From Octopus vulgaris (lineage: Eukaryota): a stretch of DNA of 64,000 nucleotides. The notes under the pieces are model-generated. The model did no database searches. It had not been told where the DNA came from and worked only from the letters and a program-made list of their open reading frames with translations. Positions 51,328 to 61,400 of this stretch are shown here, piece after piece. The stretch lies in assembly GCA_951406725.2 (NCBI GenBank), contig OX597830.1, positions 45,012,001-45,076,000 of the forward strand, given 5' to 3'. The position numbers and the translations under genes were made by a program. How positions within the stretch are numbered: the first letter of the stretch is position 1; each line of letters opens with the position of its first letter.

Positions 51328-51718
51328 AGTGGAGGCGCAATGGCCCAGTGGTTAGGGCAGCGGACTCGCGGTCGTAGGATCGCGGTTTCGATTCCCAGAC
51401 CGGGCATTGTGAGTGTTTATTGAGCGAAAACACTTAAAGCTTCACAAGGCTCCTGCAGGGGGTGGTGGTGAACCCTGCTGTACTCTTTCACCACAACTTT
51501 CTCTCACTCTTTCTTCCTGTTTCTCTTGTACCTGTATTTCAAAGGGCCAGCCTTGTCACACTCTGTGTCACACTGAATCTCCCCGAGAACTACGCTAAGG
51601 GGACACGTTTTTGTGGAATGCTCAGCCACTTGCACGTTAATTCCACGAGCAAGCTGTTCCGTTGATGGTATCAGCTGGGACTCTCATCGTCATAACCGAC
51701 GGAGTGCTCCTAAAAATA
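51328..51718 (+). mobile_element. Full-length tRNA-derived SINE with 10-bp TSD
   Basis: tRNA-like head with A/B boxes; TSD AGGATAAAGT at 51318-51327 and 51719-51728. Confidence 0.88.
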
Positions 51719-52484
51719 AGGATAAAGTGCATTTCACTGTTATTTATCTCCATTTTGGTAAGATTAAATGCTATTGTTCATGTAATAGAAATACAATGAA
51801 ACAATTGTTTGTTTACACCTCTTCCTACTTTGATTTTTATACTTTGTGTGTTTCTGGAGCTGTTCACCTTTAGATTTTAGAATATTTTAGTCAAGAACAG
51901 CAATTTTAAACTGTTTACGATCCATAGCACATTAGAATAAAACACAATGGGTTATGATACATCATCATTTTTATAAATTATATTAGTGTGTGTCTGAGAG
52001 AGAGAGAGAGAGAGAGAGTGCGTGCATGCGTGTATGTGAGTGTATCTTAACAAAACAAGCATTAAAATTGGTTTGAAACTCAAGACAAGCAGTGCACTTC
52101 ACTAATAAAGGATAAACATGTACCAGGGCAAGGTGCTAAAATCACTCAAATTTTCTAATTAACCTTCTATAATGCGACTCGCTTCAAAAGAACATACATT
52201 GTACACAAGTGTGCCATTGCATGCATCTACTTTATAAAGAGGAAATTTCTTCCCCGGGGATTTTAATGTGAGTTAGGGTTAGTAACTCTTTAGATGATAT
52301 TCTGAGTTATTTCCCTTGAAAGCTAATCTCTTGATTATTTCGTTTAATTTCTAATTTTAATTTTATACTTCTACCTTCTGAAATTAAAACCTAGAACCAT
52401 CATGTGCATGTCGGCTCCAGTAACTTTATTTGTAGTCCACTTCTTGATCAGTTGACTTTATTTTGAACTTCATTCATGTTTAAC

Positions 52485-52660
52485 GCCTTACTTCCCTGGG
52501 CATGGACACATTGAAACTCCGACGTCTGGCAGCTGGCTTGGCAGACACCCATAAAATTATCAACCATCGTACAAACAATAACTCTGAGCACTCCACCCAT
52601 CTAACACCCGTGGACATATTTACAAAGTAAGAAAATAGCACAGCTCCCATGACTTCAGGA
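52485..52660 (+). mobile_element. CR1-like 3' fragment
   Basis: LTSLGMDTLKLRRLAAGLADTHKIIN..NTRGHIYKVRK. Confidence 0.75.
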
Positions 52661-55478
52661 TTTCTTTATTGCCCGCACAGAAGGAGCCAACAGAGAAGGG
52701 ACAAACACAAGACATGTGGGGTCATATATATATAAATATTTATTCTAATTTAAATTAATTCTATGTAATTATGCAGCTGAGGATTGCTCTGCATTTAAAT
52801 TGATGTAATGGTTGCATTGTTCAATTAAATGGAGTTGCATGAAATGATCGTACTGCATTACAATAAAAAAAAAATGAATGCGGGGTCAGTGTAACGAATG
52901 TGATCACACAAAAATGAAGTTAAAAATCTGTGAATATAATCAATGAAAGGACAGACAATAAAAGAGTATAATGGAATGGAGAGACGGTTACCACCCCGCA
53001 AGACACGTTCCTCCACTGATCCTTTTTATAAACATTTCATGGATGCACTCACGTCGGACCTTTCATTCCCAACATGCGAACCACTTGCATCCATCTTTTA
53101 TCGTACATGTCCGATGACAGTTACTTCCTTTCTAGCCTTATCTTCCTTCTACGAAGGAAGATACAAAAAGTTGACCAAACCTAGGCCAGAAAAGAAAGTA
53201 CCTGTCACCAATCCTTTCGTCCTTGCTTTCCATATCGCCTCCTTCTCTATAGCGACCACAATAAGGAAACAAACCTAACCTTCTCTGTTCAATGAGGGAG
53301 GTGGAACAATTTTTATAACAGATTCGGACGACAGCTTTTCTCTTCCAAGCCGTGACAGCAGTCGTTCGACGTAAACCCACGAAATCGTCGCACACTGCCA
53401 AATTACGAGCGGAACAGTTTCATTGTCCAGTCCACATTTTGGGCAGGTGGGTGAGCACGATGCACCATGCCTTGAGAGCTTATCGTAAATTGGTAAGGCT
53501 CCTCGGTAACATTGCCAGGTGAGGGGCCTCTGGAAGTTGTCCAGAGGTCCCGGCCCGATCGTCCTTTGAAACAGGCTGCCCAGGATTTCCCCCAACGCTT
53601 CATCACACTTGGCCTCTACTAACCCTCTATAGAACGACGAGGTGGAACTACGCTATTAGAATTGCACATGCGACAGAAGAGTGCGAGTACCTTGTGACAC
53701 TCGGTCTGCCAAGCACCCAACTTTTGTCTACGTTTGATCTATGGTTCTAGCTCACCAAAACTAGTGAACCTATGAAGCAACAGTTTGACGAACGGAGACC
53801 ACCCCCTTTCACCATCCAGGTAAAGCCAAAGATGCCTTAGTCTCAGCGTGCGCTTGTGCATCCTCAGCCACGATATCCCTAGCCCATCCTTAAGCGGTTG
53901 TTGGCAAGAGATAGAGCGCCTTACAAGAGGTCCGCTGCCCTCCCACAAAAAGCAGAAGGATAATCGTTCCATCTTGCTTAGCCACGAATCGGGGCAAGGC
54001 ACGATGGTCAGACGGTAGGTGACCACAGATGCGATAAACGCATTTGCAACCTCCGCCCTTCCTTTCAGGGATAGCCATCGTCCAGACCAGGTCTGGGTTA
54101 GATGGGCCACCCTGCTCGTAACCTCGCTCCAAATTTTCTCTAACTGGAGGTCTGGCCCGAACCAGATCCCGAGCATTTCACTTTGTTAGACGGCATCGAC
54201 TTGCCTCTCCAGGTACCGAGCTGTAAGCCGACCGAATTTTCTCGGTTGATTTTTGCTACTGCCACCGCCTCGTATTCTTTAACGGCTTCACCTACCCACT
54301 GTAGGTGTCTCGCCTCAGATACGATGATGGTGATGTCAGCTGCGTAAGCCGATACTGATCTTCCACTACCTAGATCTCGCGGGACGCCACTCATACCCTC
54401 AGACTTTTGCAGTAAAGGCTCAAGAGCCAGCATATATAGCAGAAGGGAGAGCGGACATCATTGACAAACTGAGCGCTTGATAGAGAACGGCTCCGAAAAG
54501 AAACCGTTCACCTGAACGATCGAGTCGATGTTGCTGTATAAGGATATGATTCAACCGCGAAAGATTGGGCCCAGCCCAACTGCCGCGAGGACCGTCACCA
54601 GATACCGATGGTCCACCCTATAGAAAGCTTTAGCCTGGCCTAAATGTACCTGCGCCCCGCCCTTGCCAGATACCTTATTAACCCGCTCTAAAGTATAGCG
54701 TATAAGATGGAGATTGTTGTGTATGAACCGGCCTAGGACGGCACAGGTTTGTGCCTCCCCAACCAGTCCACCCACAACCTGCGCCAATCTTTTTGCGAGT
54801 ACCTTGGCCAAAATCTTCAGCTCTGCAGTAAGCAGAGTGATGGACCGACAATTATCTATAATGTCCCCCTTTTTTGGGTCCTTTCTAAGCAGTGTCACAA
54901 CTCCCCGACTCTCAGATCTGGGAATGAACCCATTCTGTTACCAGCTTGTAAAAACACATGCCAGTAAGTGTCCAAACAAGTCTGACATACCGTAATAAAC
55001 TTCGTAGGAAAGACCATCTAGTCCCGGCGACCTGTCCCCACGGCGATCCGACAAGACGTCCTCTACTTCCGCAACTGTGATCGGTCTTTCACAGCATTCC
55101 GCTTCCTGTCCCGAGAGACGCGGCAAACCGTTGAGGAAGTCCGTAGGGTTTACCTTGCGCTCCGGTTCATCGCCCCTCCCGAAAAGCCGGCTGAAATACT
55201 CGTAAAAACCTTACACGATTGTTTGTCATAGATCTTATTCTGGCATCGTTGCCATGTTGGGCTTCTGTCACACGGGCCTATCTCACAGTGTTGATCCCTT
55301 CTCGATCCCTTGTACGAACCTTAGCCCTCGTGCTTAGCTTCGAGGTGTTGGTTGAGCGCCAATCTCGCGGCCGACACTTGGGGTGCACTGCCACTCTCCA
55401 ATGCCTCTTCTAGGGCCTTAACTGAGTAGATCCTTCTTAGCTACTAATTCCTTGCTAAATCTAATTGACTCAATTTTG
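52661..55478 (-). mobile_element. 5'-truncated Tx1-clade (L1 group) LINE: ORF2 RT, zf-RVT and 3' UTR
   Basis: RSPGLDGLSYEVY, RSITLLTAELKILAKVLAKRL, GQAKAFYRVDHRYL, SAYAADITI, LSLKGRAEVAN and CPKC..ET; AATAAA tail at about 52665. Confidence 0.9.
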
Positions 55479-56088
55479 AAGAAACAGCGACACTAACCAA
55501 AATGGAGGAAGAGAAAGACAGAGAGAAGGCTCCAAGAGAGGAACAAGGGAAAGGCAAACAAGAGAGAAGGCCGAGAAAGTACAGATGAAATTTCGTTACA
55601 TATGCTAAGAGCACAGCAACTGAAAGAATGATAACGAAGTTTAAAACCGTTATATGGGTTAAGTTGCCTACAGATACGTACAGAGAAAATGTGGAAGCCA
55701 TTGTAATTGATAAAGACAGATACAACAGGTTGAAGGAAATGTGTAACATTGGTCTGCCGGGATTTGCAGTGGAGTTTGACGTACTGTCGCCAATAGTGGA
55801 ATTAAGAGAACTAGAACCATTCAGAAGATATTAAAAAAAAGTAAAATTGTTCTAAAACATAGAAAGAGAGAACGGAACGATGCTAGAGGAGAAAGGACAA
55901 GAAAAAGAGAGATTGTAAACTACAAGTAAAAACGTTCAAATGGTACTGCATGAGAGTGGGGCTCATGCAGTCATTTCATTTTTCATTCGTTTTGTTTTTG
56001 TCCCCACTGAGGTGTTCTGTTTATCTTTGTGCTGTTACCTCTGTGTTTGACCCTTGTGGTCGTAATAAAAATAAAAAATTAAAAAATT
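55479..56088 (+). mobile_element. 5'-truncated ORF1-only (HAL1-like) element
   Basis: FVTYAKSTATERMITKFKTVIWVKLP..IDKDRYNRLKE is homologous to the C-terminus of the 56112-58436 ORF. Stop at 55834, then about 230 nt of UTR, AATAAA at 56064 and an A-rich tail. Confidence 0.75.
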
Positions 56089-56445
56089 ATATAATGTTAA
56101 GTTAAACATGCTTCTTTATTTTGGCACTACAGGGGGGACCGCACAAGGACAGTCAGAACACCAAAGTGGGGACAAAAAACATAAAACGAATGAACATGAA
56201 AAAAATGTATAGTGAAATCGATGATGATGGAATGACTGCATTGAACCCCACTTTCAAGCAGTACCATTTAACTGCTAATTTAGACAATTATTGAAAACTT
56301 TTCTTTTTATCTTTTTGCATATTTTTTCCCCATTTTTTACAAAGTCTGTTTCCTTCTTTTTTTCCTTTCTCTTTTCTTTTTTTAATTTTTTTCCTTTCTA
56401 AAGGATTCCCTTATTACCAGTCATTAAAGTTAACGCCTCGTTTTA

Positions 56446-56676
56446 GGCGACGAGCTGGCAGAATCGTTAGCACGCCGGTCGGAATGCTTAGCGGTATTTC
56501 GGCTGCCGCTATGTTTTGAGTTCAAATTCCGCCGAGGTCGACTTTACCTTTCATCCCTTCGAGATCGATAAATTAAGTACCAGTTACGCACTGGGGTCGA
56601 TATAATCGACTTAATCCGTTTGTCTGTCCTTGTTTGTCCTCTCTATGTTTAGCTCCTTGTGGATAGTAAAGAAATA
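56446..56676 (+). mobile_element. Meta-domain-like SINE, copy 1 of tandem pair
   Basis: GGCGACGAGCTGGCAGAA head, GAGTTCAAATTCC B-box and cctttcatcccttcgagatcgataaattaagtacc core. Confidence 0.85.
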
Positions 56677-56696
56677 GGTATTAAACTCCTCGTTAA

Positions 56697-56926
56697 GGCG
56701 GCGAGCTGGCAGAAACATTAGCACGCCGGGCGAAATGCGTAGCCGTATTTCGTCTGCCGCTACGTTCTGAGTTCAAATTCCGCCGAGGTCGACTTTGCCT
56801 TTCATCTTTTCGGGGTCGATAAATTAAGTACCAGTTACGCACTGGGGTCGATGTAATCGACTTAATCCGTTTGTCTGTCCTTGTTTGTCCCCTCTATGTT
56901 TAGCCCCTTGTGGGTAATAAAGAAAC
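56697..56926 (+). mobile_element. Meta-domain-like SINE, copy 2 of tandem pair
   Basis: Same family as copy 1; flanked by gtatta(a)actcctcgt duplications. Confidence 0.85.
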
Positions 56927-58440
56927 GAGTATTAACTCCTCGTATTCAACTACTTTTGGTAGTCCCTCAAATTCAATTTCTTCCCCATAAGTGTTCACAT
57001 CTTCTCCAAATAGTTCTTGCAACCTTCTGTACCTTTCTTTATCAATCATCATACCCTTGGTGTGTTCCGGGCAACTCTCTACTGGGATTTTAATTCTTAT
57101 AGTACCTTTGAATTTCGTTATTTTCCGCTCTATGATGGTACTTTTCACATATGTGACCACATGCCACTTTTTCTTATTCGCATGTATTTGTTTATGCTCC
57201 GGAACTGGGCTGTCCATGCTATTCGTTTCCCTTAGTTCCTCCATCTGTACACAACCATAATCGTCCACTCTATGTTGTGATACTACTGCTGCTATATCTG
57301 ACCAGTTCCTCTGTACCTCCTCTATTTTCTCCTCTACTTCCTTCATTCGTTTTTGGTTCTCTGTCGGAGAGCTCACCCGCCATTTCCTCTTTCGCCTATT
57401 TACGACCGTAAACGTCTCCTCTTTGTTTTCCTTATTTCTGGCCCCTCCTCTTCGGCGGGCTGTTCTTCGCGTTGTTGTTCCTCTACTGAACTTTCCTGCT
57501 GGGGGCACCTTGCTCTCAGGTGCCCTTTTTGTCTACATAGATAACATGTTGGAGGTCTTCCCTCCACCACCACTATTAGCGTGGTAAAAGAATATCTTCT
57601 TCTGGTAGAAGAATCTCTTCTCCAATTCCGCGTAGTTCTTTTAACCCAACTTGAATCGCCATCTCTAGGCCGTAGCCCCACAATTAACTTTCTTCGTTCT
57701 AGTTACTTTTAGGATCTTTGCATCTTCCTCCATTCCATGCATGACTGCTGCCACCAGCCATGTGTCTCTTCAATCTCGAAGGGCACTCTGCCGACTCTCA
57801 CTCTGGCAACACGTTTGTCACAATACATCGGCAGCAGCATCCACTCTTGTGTCCTTATCGGCTCAATGGAGTGGTTAATAGCGTCCTCCTCGCTGAAGAA
57901 TCTAATCTCCACTGTGCCGTGTATAGAAGGTGGTTAGTCTTTTCCCGTCTCCTAAACACTCCTCTATTGCCTCTATTGGGGCAATCTCTATTTTTTGGTA
58001 GCGGTTGATAACGTCCTGTACACAACCGTTCTTCTTGCTACATTCTTCGTCACTTCTGGTGGGGTCAGCTTTAAGCTGGCCCCTTCCTTTTGTAACAATT
58101 CATTTCCTTCTTTCCATTTTTTCTCCTCTATTTCTATTTCGCAAACTTCAAGGGTGTTGGCCGTAATACCTTGTGTAGTTGCGGCTGCATAGCTTGTACC
58201 ACGCTCCATTTCTCCTCTTCTCACTACTTCACCCATAACTGGGGAAGAAACAACTTCCGAAACAGGCAAAACAACGACAGAAATTCAACAATTTAACAAT
58301 TTAACGAATCTTGGTTAACCCGCACGGGGAGACCTACAACAATATATAATAATAGTGTGTAACAATAACAGTGTGTAACAATTTTAACTCACGTTTAAAG
58401 AAACCAACACCCCAAAATTGCGATCCGACAATGTTATAAT

Positions 58441-61400
58441 TTTTTATTTCCCAGAAGGGAGCAGCAAATCTGATATGGGGTCAAATTAACGAATGATTTT
58501 ACACAATTATGAATTTTAAAATTTACAAGAATGTTAATAGTTCGAATGATAAGACATACTGAAAGACATTACAGATGGAGTGAGGAGGCGGGTTAAATTC
58601 GGACCCCATGAGACCCGCCTCACCACTGATGTCTGAGACTCATTCTGCGTCGCATTCATGACGCAACATTCGTGCAACATTCTTCCATCGATTGTTGAAC
58701 ATTTTCGCAGACATGCATTTTCTGTCTAGACTTATTTTCCTTTTCAAGTGAAAGGCGAAGAAATTCACCAAATCAGGGCCAGAGATGAAGATGCCTGCCT
58801 TTAACCCTTTCACTCTCGTCTTCCAAATCACCTCTCTCACAATTGTTACTACGACGAGAAAACAATTCTTACCTTCTTTCGATAGGAAATCCGGCGGGTC
58901 AATTTTTACTATTGACTCAGTCGATAGCTGTACTCTTCCTGTACTTGACAACAGTTGTTCAGCATAAATCCACACGTCTGACACATCCGAACACTGAACA
59001 ACAGCGTGTAGGACGGTTTCCCTATCCCGCTCACATCTTGGACAGGTCGGTGGGTCAGGGCCACCATGCCTTGTGAGCTTGTCCCAAACAGGTAAGGCTC
59101 CCCAGTAACACTGCCATGCCACAGACTTGAGAAAGTTGTCCAGGGTCTTCGGCCCGAATGTAAGTTGGAACAGACTGGCCAGCTGATTATCATCGAGACC
59201 TAGGGCTTCCCCTAAGGTATCGTCACATTCCGCCTCTACCAACCCTCTATAAAAGAATGCGGTAGAGCCACTTCCACAGGCAATGCCTGAGTGACGGAAT
59301 AGCAGGAGAGCCTAGCGACATTCCGTAGACCATGTACCCAACTTTAATCTACGATAGAACCAGGTTTCCCGTCTATCGAATCTTTTGAACCTGAGAAAAA
59401 TCCGTTTCGCCAGCGGGGACTACACCCGTTCACCATCTAGATAGAACCACAGATGTATCAACCTCAGCGCATGTCTGCACATCATTAGCAAAGGCATCCC
59501 TAGCCCACCCTTTAACGGTTGTTGGCAGCAAATAGAGCGTCTCACAAGTGGTCTCGAGCTCTTCCACAAGAAGTGGAAGAGCTTCCTCCCCAGCTTGATC
59601 AACCACGAATCAGGGAAAGGAACGACGGTTAGGCGGTAGGTGATGACCGATGCGATGAACACATTGGTCACCTCCGCTCTCCCTTTCAGGGATAGCCACC
59701 ACCAAGACAAGGTTTGACTGTGTGGGCTACCCTGCTCGATACCTCGGCCAAATTCTTCTCTATTTGGAGGTTTGGCCCAAACCAGACTCTTAGCAACTTA
59801 ATCGGACCCTCTGTCCAACGTCCCTCGATGCTGTCAGGAGGCATCGACTTACCTCTCCAGGTGCCGAGCTGCAAGCTAACTGACTTTTCACGATTAATCT
59901 TTGCTCCTGCCACCGTCTCATATTTCTCAATGGCTTTGCCTACCCTCTGTGTGTGATCCATTTCAGTTACGATGATGGTGATGTCATCTGCGTACGCTAA
60001 AACCGACTTTTCACAACCTGGATGTCTCGGGATGCCGCTCAATTTTTGCAGCAATGGCTCAAGAGCCATCACATACAAAAGCAGAAGAGCGGACACCCAT
60101 GACGAACCGAGCTTAGATAAAAAGCCGTTCACCCGAATTACCGAGTCCATGTTGTCATAAATTTCAAGAAACCACCTGAGGGAGCCAAAACCCAGGCCGA
60201 ACGGTGCCAAAACAGACACCAGGTAATTATGGTCAGCCCTATGAAAAGCCTTTGATTGGTCTAAATGGACCACTACTCTTCCCTTGTCAGAATCGTTATT
60301 AAACTCCTCTACAGTGTACCATAGAAGATGGAGATTATCCTGAATGGTTCTGCCGGGAATGACACATGTCTATGCCTCCCCGATCAAACCATCCGCGATA
60401 CACGCCAATCTTTTCGATAACATTTTGGCCAAAATCTTCAACTCTGCGTTTAGCAGCGTGATGAGCCGAACATTGTTAATGGAATCCCCCTTGTCCGGGT
60501 CCTTTCTGACGGCATCACCACTCCCCGGCGCACAGATCTAGGAATAAAACCATTCTGCTGCTAGTTCGCGTAGATATTCGCCAGCAGGGGCCCGAACAAG
60601 TCTGGCATACTCTTATACAGCTCATAGGGTAGACCATCCAGTCCCGGCACCTTACCCGCTCCGCAGTCTGCCATAGCCTCAATTACCTTTACTACACTCT
60701 GCATCCCACCCCGAGATGCGCGGCAGCCCGGCGAGGAAGTCCGTTAGGTCCCTCCTACCATCCGATCCGCCGACCCCCGAAAAGCTGGGCGAAGTGCTCC
60801 TGAAAGGCCTCACATATCTCCTCGGGTTCGTTTATCAACTTACCTCGCTGGTTCGTCAAAGACCGAATTGTGCCATCGTTACCACGTCGGGATTCCCCCA
60901 CTCGGGCCCAGCCTGCGACTTGATTCCTTTACAACCCACTGCATGAAGCATAGCCCTGGCAATGCAACCCATATGTTGGGGATCGAGGTGCTGGTTTAAC
61001 GCCAGTCTCTTGGTCGTCACCTGAGCCGCAGAACCAGTTTCCATTGCTTCCTCTAAGTCCTTAGCTAATGCTAATACCCTCCTAGTTTCTCAAGTCGCTA
61101 AACCTATGCTATATCTAATAGACTCAAATTTAATGTTTCGCTTGAGGGCATACCACCATTTGTTATTAATAACGGATCCGGTTAATATCCTCTGAATCAA
61201 TAACTTAATCCGGTCTGTGTACTCCTTAATCGCTAAAAGAGACGTATTAAGTTTCCAGTAGCCGGACCCTCTATTATATAGCTTATCTATGTCGAGCTTA
61301 CAGGTGACCATATTGTGATCACTGTAGTTGACCGGGTAAAACTATGGCCACTTAGCTATATTTCTATCTGCTTTTCTAATTAATACTCTATCTAGGTACG

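Larger units (their letters stand above)
56112..58436 (-). mobile_element. Full-length ORF1-only (HAL1-like) non-autonomous Tx1 relative, interrupted by two SINEs
   Basis: Decayed ORF from about 58269 to 56398 with SYAAA and VVVEGRPPTCYLCRQKGHLRARCP knuckle. After removing the SINEs it reads ..YEELTLMTGNKGIL*. About 280 nt of UTR leads to AATAAA (56120-56115); no ORF2. Confidence 0.8.

Noticed and set aside
51331-51405. tRNA-like sequence (also at 15960-16035 and 48270-48337)
   Set aside because: Continues into a SINE body with a TSD and lacks a proper acceptor stem; it is a SINE head, not a tRNA gene.
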